Of a stretch of DNA of 64,000 bases, positions 25,866-38,910 are shown one piece after another. The notes beneath the pieces were generated by a model that was not told the origin of the DNA, did not search any database, and was given only the letters and a program-made list of their open reading frames with translations. The DNA lies in assembly GCA_951406725.2 (NCBI GenBank), contig OX597819.1, forward strand, positions 14,012,001 through 14,076,000, written 5' to 3'. Position numbers and translations under genes: made by a program. The stretch's first letter is position 1. Each line of letters opens with the position of its first letter. This DNA is from Octopus vulgaris. Taxonomy: Eukaryota.

Positions 25866-26329
25866 TTGTGTGGTCCCCATGTATTGGCAGGACTTTGAAC
25901 TATGACCTCCCTTGGTTGTTGAACTATTATGAATTGGTCTCGCTTTGAGGCCCTCTTCCGCTTCATAACAAGCCCAGTATGTTTCGCTCAATGATGAATA
26001 AACCCCGAGAAAGTAGACTAGTTTTAATTTATGCCAATTAATTCACAATTGAATCAGTGGGTGTAGTGTTAAATGGATTTTCTCTAAAAAGAATCGGCTT
26101 ATATTTGACAACCGAATTCATATAAACTACGCCACCATTTCCCCTATTAAGTTTTCTTTTAGTACAACTCATTTGTCCTGCAGGATTGTTACGTGCATCA
26201 CACACAGCGGTGTTGGCTATCATGCGTCGAGATGAAAGCTTCACAATTGCCTTTCCAATGGTGTTAGTTGTTGCGTTATACTATGTTGCAGCGGTGGACA
26301 CTTCAGCTGTTATTTCAGGAAGGCTCCTA

Positions 26330-26494
26330 GGCGCAGGAGTGGCTGTGTGGTAAGTAGCTTGCTTACCAGCCACATGGTTCCGGGTTCAGTCCCACTGCGT
26401 GGCACCTTGGGCAAATGTCTTCTACTATAGTCTCGGGCCGACCAAAGCCTTGTGAGTGGATTTGGTAGACGGAAACTGAAAGAAGCCCGTCGTA

Positions 26495-26546
<52 letters not shown>

Positions 26547-26766
26547 TGCGTGTATGTTTGTGTGTCTGTATTTGTCCCCCTAGCATTGCTTGACAACCGA
26601 TGCTGGTGTGTTTATGTCCCTGTCACTTAGCGGTTCGGCAAAAGAGACCGATAGAATAAGTACTGGGCTTACAAATAATAAGTCCCGGGGTCGAGTTGCT
26701 CGATTAAAGGTGGTGCTCCAGCATGGCCGCAGTCAAAGGACTGAAACAACTAAAAGAGTAAAGAGT
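26330..26766 (+). mobile_element. SINE family A, full length
   Basis: Consensus match. Confidence 0.92.
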
Positions 26767-27527
26767 ATAACTAGGTACATGTTTTTATGAAATTAGGTGA
26801 CCTCACTTCCGGCTCTATTTACTTTCACTTTTGACGACACTAAACTGCATGTTAACTCCATAATGCGTATGATTTCTAAAACTCAGTCTTTTTAAAAACA
26901 GTTTGTTTTTTTTTCTAAATTTTTTCCTTCTTACTTTTGATATTTTAACAAGGCGATTAAGCACCCAAAGTGGCCGGCTACAAAATGACATGAAAGCAGT
27001 AATCTTTTATAATCGGTAATGAAATAAAAGTGAAAGGTGTTAATTTATCAGGAAAATTCAAATAATTTATATGGAATGTTTGTTGTTGTTACACAGAAGA
27101 TAAAATAAAATGATTAAATAGAAATAGTAAGTTATGAATAATGCTTATTTGTAATTTTTAGTTTTTAATCCTTGAACTGAAATAAAAGGATTATAGCGGA
27201 TTACCAATCGTTCCTTAATCTCTAAATTACTTGATGAATGAAAGTGTGTTTGAGAAAATAATACCAAGCAAACCTTTGTAAGATTAGAAGAGACTGTCTC
27301 ACGTTCCATACCTTTCACTTCCATTTTATACCCGAGTATCATTTTCTTTTGCTTTACGGTCGGCCATTTTGTGTGTCTACTTCGAAAGATCGCCCATTTT
27401 CACCTATACTTTTTTCATAGTTATTTACTCCAGTGAGCCATCATTGAGCAAATCTATGAGTAATCGTCTTCCATCTGTAACAACTCTTGTCTTTACGTGT
27501 GTGTGTCTATGTATGTATATATACATA

Positions 27528-27600
<73 letters not shown>

Positions 27601-27603
<3 letters not shown>

Positions 27604-27971
27604 GAGGCGCAATGGCCCAGTGGTTAGGGCAGCAGACTCGCGGTCGTAGGATCGCGGTTTCGATTCCCAGAACGGGCGTTGTGAGTCTTTATTGAGCGAA
27701 AACACCTAAAGCTCCACAAGGCTCCGGCAGGGATGGTGGTGATCCCTGCTGTACTCTTTCACCACAACTTTCTCTCACTCTTACTTCCTGTTTCTGTTGT
27801 ACCTGTATTTCAAAGGGCCGGCCTTGTCACGCTGAATATCCCCGAGAACTGCGTTAAGGGTACACGTGTCTGTGGAGTGCTCAGCCACTTACACGTTAAT
27901 TTCACGAGCAGGCTGTTCTGTTGATCGGATCGACCGGAACCCTCGTCGTCGTAACCGACGGAGTGCTTCCA
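27601..27971 (+). mobile_element. SINE family C, tail type 1
   Basis: Consensus match, inside a TA/TG microsatellite. Confidence 0.9.
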
Positions 27972-27984
27972 TATATATATATAT

Positions 27985-28276
27985 ATTAGAAGGTTTGGAG
28001 ATGATGTACAGGTATTATATATTAGAAGAAATAAGGTACTCAGAAATCTGGATGGTTTTATATTTACAGATTTTTATTAATGTCACATGTTTTTATAAAT
28101 CATATATTAGCGCTTGCGTCCTCTCTAGTAGAATCTGGAGGTTCAAATCAAACATTCAAATCTGGAGATTCTACTAGAGTAGATGCAAGCGCTAATATAT
28201 GAGTTATAAAAACATGTGACATATTAATAAAAATCTGTAAATATTAAACCATCCAGATTTCTGGGTACCTTACTTC

Positions 28277-28283
<7 letters not shown>
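27985..28283. mobile_element. (TA)n-embedded fold-back element
   Basis: About 120-bp inverted arms TATTAGAAGAAATAAGGTAC..CTCTAGTAGAATCT / AGATTCTACTAGAG..GTACCTTACTTCTTCTAATA around a roughly 30-nt loop. Confidence 0.85.
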
Positions 28284-28308
<25 letters not shown>

Positions 28309-28517
28309 ACGGGAAGCTTTATGAAAATAGACAAAAGACGAAGGCAGGTGGAATACAAACAAACAATTGTATTAGTATGGCGCTCAGGAATATAAATAAA
28401 ACAAGTCTTTTACGTTTCGAGCCTAGGCTCTTCAACAGAAAGATACACAGAAAAGAAACACAGAAAGAAACAAGGAGAGAAAAAAAAATGCGTGCAGAGG
28501 CTAGCGAATCAACATGG

Positions 28518-28520
<3 letters not shown>
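28309..28520 (-). mobile_element. (TA)n-embedded short element with hammerhead-like motif, copy 2
   Basis: Minus strand TCTTT-CTGTTGA-A-GAGC.CTAG.GCTC-GAAAC-GTA-AAAGA at 28406-28443. Confidence 0.7.
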
Positions 28521-28560
<40 letters not shown>

Positions 28561-29127
28561 GAGAGAGAGGCGCGTGACACGTTGCCAAACATTATGGGTA
28601 CAGTAGATCACTTTCATACTGCATTCCTATCTCTGACGTGGTATGACAATTTCCATAACTCAAGATAAGTAAATGTGCGAAGGCTGCACTCTGCGTATAA
28701 TAAAGGAACGCAGAAAACACAATCAGTGTCTATGCTTATATTATGTACACGTGTTTCAGGAGACCAGCAAAACAGCTTAAATTTCCAGTCACGCAACAAA
28801 GAGAGCCGGCTGCATTTGTCGCGCAACAAGGCATTTAAGCTCTCGCAATCGATGTTTTACGGGTCATGTAAAACACGTGCGCATGTTATAAAGTATACAT
28901 AGGGATTACGTATTCTGTGTTCCTTTTGTGTGTGTGTTCATACACGAGTGCATGTCTATTTTATGAGAAAAAAATACTAATTTTTTTCGTTCAGCTACTT
29001 TGAGTTTCTCGATCTGTGTTGCGTACGTCTTAGTTACTGCGTCATTGTAAATGGGAGCACTTTGTTTCAGAAGATTGTGTTTGGTCCTGATATTTGTTCA
29101 TTATTAAATCATAAATATATTGTTATA

Positions 29128-29289
29128 GGCACAGGAGTGGCTGTGTGGTAAGTAGCTTGCTAACCAACCACATGGTTCAGGGTTCAGTCCCACTGCGTGG
29201 CACCTTGGGTAAGTGTCTTCTGCTATAGCCCCGGGCCGACCAATGCCTTGTGAGTGGATTTGGTAGGCGGAAACTGAAAGAAGCCCGTC

Positions 29290-29357
<68 letters not shown>

Positions 29358-29552
29358 TTGTCCCCCTAGCATTGCTTGACAACCGATGCTGGTGTGTTTA
29401 CGTCCCCGTCACTTAGCGGTTCGGCAAAAGAGACCGATAGAATAAGTACTGGGCTTACAAAGAAGAAGTCCATGGGTCTAGTTGCTCGACTAAAGGCGGT
29501 GCTCCAGCATGGCCGCAGTCAAATGACTGAAACAAGTAAAAGAGAAAGAGAG
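29128..29552 (+). mobile_element. SINE family A, full length
   Basis: Consensus match. Confidence 0.92.
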
Positions 29553-29869
29553 TTATGTGGCTATTTATTATTGTCATCGTCGTGAAGGGGGCGAACTGAC
29601 AGACTCGCTGGTGCGCCGGGCAAAATACTTAACGGCATTTCGTCCGTCTTTGGGTTGTGAGTTCAAATGCCGTCGAGGTGGACTTTGCCTTTCATCCTTT
29701 CGGAGTCGATAAAATAAATACCAGTTGAAGACTGAGGTCGATGTAATTGACTAACATCCTCCCCCAAAATTTCAGGCCCTGCGCCTACAGCAGGAAGGAT
29801 TGTTATTAAGGCGATGAACTGGCAGAACCGTGAGCAAGCCTGGGAAAAGCCTTGAGTCTATAGAAGAAT

Positions 29870-30590
29870 GAACCATTATTTTACTCATGCACGGTCGGAC
29901 AGGGCTGGCCAGTCTCGCTTCTTTTGTACGTATTGGCTCTCGAGTCACTGCTGCGGAAGATGGAATAATTGAAGAGGGGCGGGGTCTCTCGTACAGGAAC
30001 TCGTGAAGGCCAGGTCGGCGTGCGCGGACAGGGTCACCGTCGTGGTGGTGGACGCCACCGAAGTGGCAACGGTTGATACTATTCTAAGCGAATATGAAAC
30101 GGTGGCAAGGGCCAAGATCAATGCGGACAACTCGCTAGGCTTGCAACTGGGCACTTGAAGAGGCGGAGCCATGCCGTTGGACACTGGACTGAAAGACCAG
30201 TTAAACTGCTCGGGATCTGGTTTGGTAACCACTTCCAACGAGGTAACGAACAGTGGCCAGTCTTGCCCAGAAATGGTCCGTGGTGAAGCTGTCTTTGAAA
30301 TAGCAGGCTGAGGTGGCGGATACTTACATCACTTCCGTTGTTGGTAACTGGGTTGCGCCAGCTACCACTTGATCAGATCGGAGCGTCTGCCATCCAGTTT
30401 TTTTGCAGAAAGGACATGTTCCTCTAGCCAAATGGTCCATCTGCTGCCAACACCCTCTGCATAGCGGCTTAGGTGTACCGTGGCTGCTGATCCGTAGACA
30501 CGCGCTGAGGCTTTGCCACTTGCAAAGATACCTAGACGGTTACCAATACCGAAAGAGATGTTGGCATCTGCCAACGCTGCCCTTATGAGC
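29870..30590 (+). mobile_element. Decayed Tx1/L1-clade LINE ORF2 reverse transcriptase fragment
   Basis: VGQGWPVSLLLYVLALESLLRK (QGCPLSP motif), SACADRVTV (YADD motif), YETVARAKINADNSLGL, PVKLLGIWFG, KLSLK*QAEVA, CQHPLHSGLGVP; stops and frameshifts present. Confidence 0.88.
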
Positions 30591-31403
30591 TTTCATGCCT
30601 GGTTTCCATTTTGAAGATACCTTCCTCCCATTAGTCTCGGAGGTCCTGTAATAGATCATGAATCCTGCCTTCCCTCCTGACTAAAAGATTTTTTAAAAAA
30701 AACAGTAACAGCAGTGGCATTACTGTGAAATTGGTAAGCGTTGGTTTGTTGACGAAAACAATTCAGTTCATTTTGTAGGTCTGCAGATGGTAATAGGAAA
30801 CCCCTCTAGTGTATATTTTCCCCTAGAATCATCATTATCTTTAATTAAAGAATTCTTATGATGACTAAGTTGATAGAAAAAAATAATAATTAAAAAGCAA
30901 AAGAAACCCGTCTTTAAACTCGCGAAGTTCTTTAACCTTTTTGTTACCATATTCCTACTAAAATACAGCCCCTTTGTTTCGATAAAACTTGAAAGCGATG
31001 AAAAATTGATATCTAGAACGAATTAACAGAATTTTAACGGGAGGTTAACAAGGAATTTGTATCATAGAAGTAGGATCGGTCTCAGGCGGATTAGTATCAA
31101 AAGGGTGACCTCGTGCCAGATGTTCTTCGGTTTCTATGCAGCCAACTAATTTAAACTACTTCCTGAACGGTTTCTAGTTATTATTGTTTGCTGACGCACA
31201 CCAATCTCTTTGGATTCCATTGTTTCACTGGGAAAAGTATGGAGGGAGATTCTAGGAACCATATACCCGGATTGGAAATTGGAAACAAGGGCATAAAAGT
31301 CTTTGAAAATATTCTGAATCCAACCATTAACATCAATGATTTCATCAATACACAAATGCAATTCACACATACACACTTACATGTGAGTATTTCAAACATA
31401 CGT

Positions 31404-31482
<79 letters not shown>

Positions 31483-31542
31483 AACTGTCTGTCTATCTAT
31501 CTATCTATCTATGTATATATATATATATATTTATTTATCGAT

Positions 31543-31573
<31 letters not shown>

Positions 31574-31614
31574 AACTGTCTGTCTATCTATCTATCTATG
31601 TATATATATATATA

Positions 31615-31645
<31 letters not shown>

Positions 31646-31717
31646 GTATATATATATATATATATATTTATCTATCTATCTATCTATCTGTCTGTCTGTC
31701 TGTCTATCTATCTCTAC

Positions 31718-31758
<41 letters not shown>

Positions 31759-31766
31759 AGAGAGAG
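31404..31766. repeat. (TATC)n, (TA)n and (GA)n compound microsatellite
   Basis: Direct reading. Confidence 0.95.
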
Positions 31767-32015
31767 CATTTGATTATCTTCTTGTTCTTTTTCATGAAAA
31801 TTATATAATAAACATTTTGTTGAGTCTGAAAACCAAAATGAATCTGTACAGAAGAACGATAACGAAATTTAACAAACTAATTGAAATCTGACTCCGACCC
31901 GTGTAAACAAAACGATAACAATAACACGAATACTCCTTTCTACTCTTGACACAATGCCTGAAATTTTGCGGTCACATCGACCCCCAGCGCTCGTTTGGTA
32001 TTTATTCTAAGTTGA

Positions 32016-32247
32016 AGGCGGCGAGCTGGCAGAAACGTTAGCACACCTGGCGAAATGCTTAACGTTATTTCGTCTGCCGTTACGTTCTGAGTTCAAATTC
32101 CGCCGAGGTCGACTTTGCCTTTCATCCTTTCGGGGTCGATAAATTAAGTACCAGTTACGCACTGGGGTCGATGTAATCGACTTAATCCGTTTGTCTGTTC
32201 TTGTTCGTCCCCTCTGTGTTTAGCCCCTTGTGGTCAATAAAGAAATA
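32016..32247 (+). mobile_element. SINE family B nested in an older antisense family B copy (about 31940-32370)
   Basis: TSD GGTATTTATTCTA on both sides; flanks rejoin into a minus-strand B body. Confidence 0.9.
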
Positions 32248-32554
32248 GGTATTTATTCTATCGATCCCGAGAGGATGAAAGGTAAAGTCGACCTCGGCAG
32301 AATTTGAACTCAGAACGTAAAGAGCCGAAAGAATGCCGCTAAATATTTTGCTTGGTGCTCTACCGATTCTGCGGATTTCGTTGTATTGAAAAACTGGTCC
32401 CTCCCAGCAAATTTTCGTTCCTTGTGCCTAGAGTAGAAATTTACTATAGGCACAAGGCACAAAATTTTGCTGGGAATGGCCAGTGCTTGACTGGTACTTT
32501 ATTTTATCGACCCGAAAATTGATAACTTATTAATTTGGGTGTTAATTACAAACT

Positions 32555-32910
32555 GTGGAGGCGCAATGGCCCAGTGGTTAGGGCAGCGGACTCGCGGTCA
32601 TAGGATCGCGGTTTCGATTCCCAGACATCTAAAAGCTCCACGAGGCTCCGGCAGGGGATGGTGGTGATCCCTGCTGTATTCTTTCACCACAACTTTCTCT
32701 CACTCTTACTTCCTGTTTCTGTTGTACTTGTATTTCAAAGGGCCGGCCTTGTCACTCTCTCTGTCACGCTGAATATCCCCCGAGAACTACGTTAAGGGTA
32801 CACGTGTCTGTGGAGTGCTCAGCCACTTACACGTTAATTTCACGAGCAGGCTGTTCCGTTGATTCGGATCAACCGGAACCCTCGTCGTCGTAACCGACGG
32901 AGTGCTTCCA
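32555..32910 (+). mobile_element. SINE family C, tail type 1, small internal deletion
   Basis: Consensus match; TSD AATTACAAACT. Confidence 0.9.
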
Positions 32911-33079
32911 TCAATTACAAACTATGTAAGACAGTGGTCCTGTATTGCTTATTACATATCATTTACTAATTTATTATGACTGTTGACATTGAATATTTAC
33001 AGTACTGTAGCGAAGTTGTAAAAGTCAAAAACAATTATTTTTTTTTACTATTTCCTATTCAAAGGTAAGAAATCAGTAA

Positions 33080-33380
33080 ATAAACGTCCTCAATATTATG
33101 ATTGATTTGACTCAAGTTCCTCCATATTCCTGGTAGAATTTATGTGGGTAGCGGGTTACTACCCATAACCTTAAGCATCCACAAGCTTTCAATAGTCTTT
33201 CAAGTGTTTAAAACAACCCTCCAGGTAATCTTTCCTGTCCCTTAGAAGCAAATTTTCTGTCGAAGCTTCATAAGGTATTCTATTCCAGTCTCCTTCAACC
33301 ATTTGTCTGTATCTTTGCTTTTAGTTCCTTTACAATTGTCGTATTCCAAATTCTTGCAAATTTCGAATTTTAAGGGATTA
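33080..33380 (-). mobile_element. Decayed Dong/R4 3' fragment
   Basis: Minus strand GTKSKDTDKWLKETGIEYLMKLRQKICF*GTGKITWRV parallels the C-terminus at 10670-10799; adjoins (TTA)n. Confidence 0.65.
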
Positions 33381-33388
33381 GATCATTA

Positions 33389-33425
<37 letters not shown>

Positions 33426-33831
33426 GGAGTGGCTGTGTGGTAAGTAGCTTGCTTACCAACCACATGGTTCCGGGTTCAGTCCCACTGCGTGGCACCTTGG
33501 GCAAGTGTCTTCTACTATAGCCTCGGGCCGACCAATGCCTTGTGAGTGGATTTGGTGAGATGGAAACTGAAAGAAGCCCGTCGTATATATGTATATATAT
33601 ATATATGCGTGTGTGTGTTTGTGTGTCTGTGTTTGTCCCCCTAGCATTGCTTGACAACCGATGCTGGTGTGTTTATGTCCCCGTTACTTAGCAGTTCGGC
33701 GGCAAAAGAGACCGATAGAATAAGTACTGGGCTTACAAAAGAATAAGTCCCGGGGTCGAGTTGCTCGATTAAAGGCGGTGCTCCAGCATGGCTGCAGTCA
33801 AATGACTGAAACAGGTTAAAGAGAGTTAAAG

Positions 33832-33834
<3 letters not shown>
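33426..33834 (+). mobile_element. SINE family A inserted in (TTA)n
   Basis: Consensus match. Confidence 0.9.
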
Positions 33835-33864
<30 letters not shown>

Positions 33865-34428
33865 TCTTTTTATCACAAGTTTTGTTGGAACTCCTGGAGT
33901 CTTGCATGCATAGCAGGCTTGCTGCCTGCAGCCTATGGTACCATCCTATACGTTCTTTTCAGCTATCTAATACTTTCCTGGTTATTCTGGCCGTGTCAAG
34001 GAGGCAGACCTTTTGTAACAGTTCTCCTGGGCACTCTATTCCAATTTCGGAATTTCCTCCTACTGGGTTCACTTCTGATCCAGCATTCAATTCCCGTTCT
34101 GTTTACCCCCTTATCCCACCTTCTTCTCTGCTTGTGGTTTTGTCTACAAGCGGTCTCTGGATGACGACCGAGCCTGCGCTGCCCAACCACAGGGCACCTG
34201 CCGGGCGAAAGGCTTTCACCTTTTGTTTCAGCCTCTTTAACATCATTATTTTATACATTTGTATTAGACATTTCTACTCAACATTGAGGTCTGTGTTTTA
34301 AGGTTAGCCTCCAAACGGTATTTCTATCGAGACACCATCTGTAGTAAATTTGTCAACCAAGACTCGCAAAGTTCTTACTACCCATAAGCTGAGCCTGTTC
34401 CCTTCGCATTTCTGTGTGTTGGGGACCA
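33865..34428 (-). mobile_element. Internally deleted Dong/R4 element
   Basis: Minus strand: 5' UTR, N-terminal MSNTN..QRRRWDKGVNRTGIECWIRSEPSRRKFR joined near 34048 to C-terminal IGIECPGELLQKVCLLDTARITRKVLDS*, 3' UTR, (TAA)n. Confidence 0.75.
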
Positions 34429-34453
34429 TATTGTTGTTGTTGTTGTTATTATT

Positions 34454-34895
34454 AAGGCAGCGAGCTGGCCGAATCGTTAGCACACCGGAGGCGAAAAGCT
34501 TAGCGGGATTTCGTCTGCCGTTACGTTCTGAGTTCAAATTAGGCGGGGAGCTGGCAGAAACGATAGCACGCCGGGCGAAATGCTTAGCGGTATTTCGTCT
34601 GCCGCTACGTTCTGAGTTCAAATTCCGCCGAGGTCGACTTTGCCTTTCATCCTTTCAGGGTCGATTAAATAAGTACCAGCTACGCACTGGGGTCGATATA
34701 ATCGACTTAATCCGTTTGTCTGCCCTTGTTTGTCCTCTCTTTGTTTAGCCCCTTATGGGTAGTAAAGAAATAGGTATTTCGTCTGCCGCTACGTTCTGAG
34801 TTCAAATTCCGCCGAGGCGACTTTGCCTTTTATCCTTTCGACTTAACCCCCCCCCCCACCCCAGTATTGCTACCCTTGTGGCGAAATTTGAAACT
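34454..34895 (+). mobile_element. SINE family B multimer
   Basis: Head fragment, full monomer, then a further body starting at GGTATTTCGTCTG and ending in the alternative tail. Confidence 0.85.
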
Positions 34896-35194
34896 ATTAT
34901 TATTGTTGTTGTTGGTATTATTATATAAAATGTAATTAGTGATTAAATATAATTTGTAATTAGCTGATGACCACCTAAAATACAACTGGTCACAAATGGT
35001 TTCTTCTGAACAACATCCATCGTATCTCTACGTTACTTGAAGAATTATTGTCTGTCAACAATCAGAAATCTTGGTTATTGTGAATACAATAGAATTTATA
35101 CCAAAATGTCGTTATGATCACGTTTTTGTCAATGTTTTTTATTGCAATATTTAAATATAGATGTGTTCAAATTCCCCCGAGTGATATATATATA

Positions 35195-35518
35195 TTACTC
35201 TTTTACTTGTTTCAGTCATTTGACTGCGGCCATGCTGTAGCAACTCGACCCCTTATTCTTTGTAAGCCCAGTACTTATTCTATCGATAAACACGCCAGCA
35301 TCGGTTGTCAAGCACAGGCACACAAACACACACGCACATATATATACATATATACGACGGGCTTCTTTCAGTTTCCGTCTACCAAATCCACTCACAAGGC
35401 TTTGGTCGGCCCGAGGCTATAGTAGAAGACACTTGCCCAAGGTGCCACGCAGTGGGACTGAACCCGAAACCATGTGGTTGGTAAAGCAAGCTACTTACCA
35501 CACAGCCACTCCTGCACC
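35195..35518 (-). mobile_element. SINE family A with several internal deletions
   Basis: Consensus match with gaps. Confidence 0.85.
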
Positions 35519-35720
35519 TATATAATATATATATATGTGTGTGTGTGTGACAGAGAGGGGAGGTGGAGGAGGTTCTCGCATATGACATGAACCAGGGCCA
35601 GATTTAAGGATAAACTAAACAAACAGCAGCTTAGGGCCTCACAATCCCGTGGGGCATCGGATTAATTAAATGACAAATATTTCTTATTGAACGGCATAAC
35701 GCGCAAACTATTTGGAAAAT

Positions 35721-36129
35721 GAGTGACTGTGTGGTAAGTAGCTTGCTTACAAACCACATGGTACCGGGTTCAGTCCCACTGCGTGGCATCTTGGGCAAGT
35801 GTCTTCTGCTATAACCTCGGGCCGACCAAAGCCTTGTGAGTGGATTTGATAGACGGAAACTGAAAGAAGTCCGTCATATATATATATATATATTTATACG
35901 TGTGTATATATATATATATGTATGTGTGTCTGTGTTTGTCCCCCCCACCCCAACATTGCTTGACAACCGATGCTGGTGTGTTTACGTCCCCGTTACTTAG
36001 CAGTTCGGCAAAAAGAGACCGATAGAATAAGCACTAGGCTAACAAAGTCCTGGGGTCGATTTGCTCGACTAAAGGCGGTGCTCCAGCATGGCCACAGCCA
36101 AATGACTGAAACAAGTAGAGTAAAAGAGT
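35721..36129 (+). mobile_element. SINE family A
   Basis: Consensus match. Confidence 0.9.
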
Positions 36130-36157
36130 ATCCATTGCATTGTAGTTGTTTATATAC

Positions 36158-36222
<65 letters not shown>

Positions 36223-36611
36223 CGTATATATAGGTGTATTAGTGGTAATAAAACATAGGGCCAATTTAATTCATGGGATAATAATTGTCTGCGGTGATAT
36301 TTTTAAAATTTCACGTTTAAAAAAAAAGAAGCATGATGCATTTTAGAAAATTTCAGAACTTTAGTCACAGAAAAAGTCCCAGTTTTGGTTATGAAAAACA
36401 AACTCGCAAGGAAAATGTTCTATTTTATTTAAATACCTTAAACAATAATTCAACAAGACTTTGTGGTTTCTGTAAAAATATTATAAACGCATTGTTATCC
36501 GGTGTCGTATAATATGTCTTCGATGAGACAAAAACAAACGTTTAATTTGACTTTTACTGGTTTTCCTTTTCCTGCGACTGTTGGTATTTGCTAAAACACT
36601 AAAGATATACT

Positions 36612-37019
36612 TACTTTTTACTTTTACTTGTTTCAGTCATTTGACTGCGGCCATGCTGGAGCACCGCCTTTAGTCGAGCAACTCGACCCCGGGACTTATT
36701 CTTTTGTTAGCTCAGTACTTATTCTATCGGTCTCTTTTGCCGAACCGCTAAGTAACGGGGACGTAAACACGCCAGCATCGGTTGTCAAGCAATGCTAGGG
36801 GGACAGACACAGACACACAAACACACACACGCATATATATATATACATATACATATATACGACAGGCTTCTTTCAGTTTCCGTCTACTAAATCCACTCAC
36901 AAGGCTTTGGTCGGCCCGAGGCTATAGTAGAAGACACTTGTCCAAGGTGCCACGCAGTGGGACTGAACCCGGAACCATGTGGTTAGTAAACAAGCTACTT
37001 ACCACACAGCCACTCCTGC
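36612..37019 (-). mobile_element. SINE family A
   Basis: Consensus match. Confidence 0.9.
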
Positions 37020-37219
37020 ATCGATATTATTTTCTCATATTTCTATTAAGTTTCCCTTTCATCCTACTTGAAGCTGTTTTACAATCCCATTTTCAGCCTC
37101 CTTAATAATAACTACCATTAATGTCGCCACTGATTCTGTTCTCACCCTGTATAAACTTGAAACTGTCTTGTCTCTTGTAGAAAAACAAAATCTTTATTTT
37201 CTTCATAATTACTTAATAA

Positions 37220-37612
37220 CGAGCAGTATCGCCCGGCTTTGCTCGGGTTTGTTTCGACCCTTTATAATTGGAATTTTTGAAAAGTAAAAATGTTGCATTA
37301 TGTAGCTTGTTATTCTCTTTAAGTGAGCATTTTTCTGGTTGAAATACACCGAAAAATGGCGACACATCAGTAAAAAATCGTAAAAAATAGGGATTTTCAT
37401 AGAAAAAAAGCACCTTTTTGATGTAAATAATTTTTGGTGTTAACATGGTCCGATTTGAATTTTTTTTTCTATGGAAGGAAGAGCAAGCCTTCTTCTATCA
37501 TACTCTCAATTTTGGTCAACTTGCGCCGCAGGGTCTTGGAGGAGATGGTGTTAGTTGAAGGCTACCAAACCTGCCATACACAGACAACTTCAGCTTTATA
37601 TATAGAGAGAGA
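37220..37612 (-). mobile_element. Non-autonomous Helitron, related subfamily
   Basis: Minus strand TC..TATATATAAAGCTGAAGTTGT start and CCCGAGCAAAGCCGGGCGATACTGCTCG|T end match the 2212 family; the interior differs. Confidence 0.8.
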
Positions 37613-38338
37613 TCTATGACGACATATACCGGCTTGGAGGATTTTAAAGGCAGGTCAGTTGCAAAAAAAAATAATAATAATTAGAAGCTACGTCACTAAA
37701 ACAATACACAACTTAGTCACGTAGATGAATTCATTCTCTTAGAGGATTAGATCGGATTTAATTAAATTGTTAATCCTACAGTTTTAAATATAATCAATTT
37801 CATTCAAAAACTTATTTAAAATTAAAAGATTTTAGTAATGGTGTCAAGGGAGGTAACTTTTATAGAGTTAACTCCCTTATCGACTACATATTCGAGAGAG
37901 ATGAAGTAATTGAGAAGGAAGGAAATAAGTTCTGTTAATAAAAGTTATCAGATGAGTCACAATTTTTTTAAAATTTCTACCAAGTTTATTGAATAGATTT
38001 CCATCTCCACGTGGTTATTATCCTACTTTGGTTAATATTTACTTTTTGTGCAAAAACCATTTGATGCAGGTATTTCTCTTCTAATCGAACAAACTTTTGA
38101 CACCTGAGTAGCAGATCGAACCCACGGTGATCATTATTTACAAAATTCGATTTGATATTCATAAATGACCAAACTATAAATGATAATTATAGGTTTATAA
38201 ACACTGGCCCTTTTTACACATGAACGGTGATGATGATGGGGGGTGGAGAGAAATATTGGTTTCTCTGCAAATCGTAAAAAGTTTGTTTTGAATCGAAAAG
38301 GCAAAAATGATCGTATTTTTTTATTAATATTAAAATCC

Positions 38339-38392
<54 letters not shown>

Positions 38393-38531
38393 CTGTGTGT
38401 GTGTGTGTGTGTGAGGGAGAGAGGGAGTGTTGAAACCTCATCTTAAGAATCAATGTACTTTTCAAAAATACTTCACATGTGATATTTTTACGAAAGGTAC
38501 CAAATTTCTGGAATTGTTTTGTATAATAATA

Positions 38532-38570
<39 letters not shown>

Positions 38571-38739
38571 CTTTCAGTCATGTGTAGGTTGCATTATTGG
38601 CATTTTTAACGAGCCTGGAAGAATGGAAGGCGAAACTGACCTCGGCGGGATTCGAACTTAGAATGTGAAAGTCTGTAACAAAATACAGCAAGACGTTTTG
38701 CCTAAGTCATGCTAGCTGTTTCATGAGTGGTATTGGTAG

Positions 38740-38910
38740 GATGACCGAGCATATTTACTATATTTTTACCCGCCAAAACTCTAACCGCCAACCATAGAAG
38801 AATGATGCAGCTATCACCAAACCGTGACATTTTCACGTCATGCTTCCTGCTCATTCGTTTTCTCACTGAGCAAGCGACAATGTCAGAGCCGTCTGACCTC
38901 ATCGTGCACC
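38740..38910. promoter_or_regulatory. Candidate promoter
   Basis: Unique CpG-retaining sequence with E2F-like CCCGCCAAAA (38769-38778), CACGTCA and ETS-like CTTCCTG, at the edge of a CpG-poor domain; motif evidence only. Confidence 0.35.

Noticed and set aside
27601-27675. Functional tRNA genes at SINE heads
   Set aside because: A and B boxes are present but the acceptor stem is not closed, and the heads run into SINE bodies, several with TSDs
34964-35000. CTGATGA followed by a hairpin
   Set aside because: No GAAA after the stem
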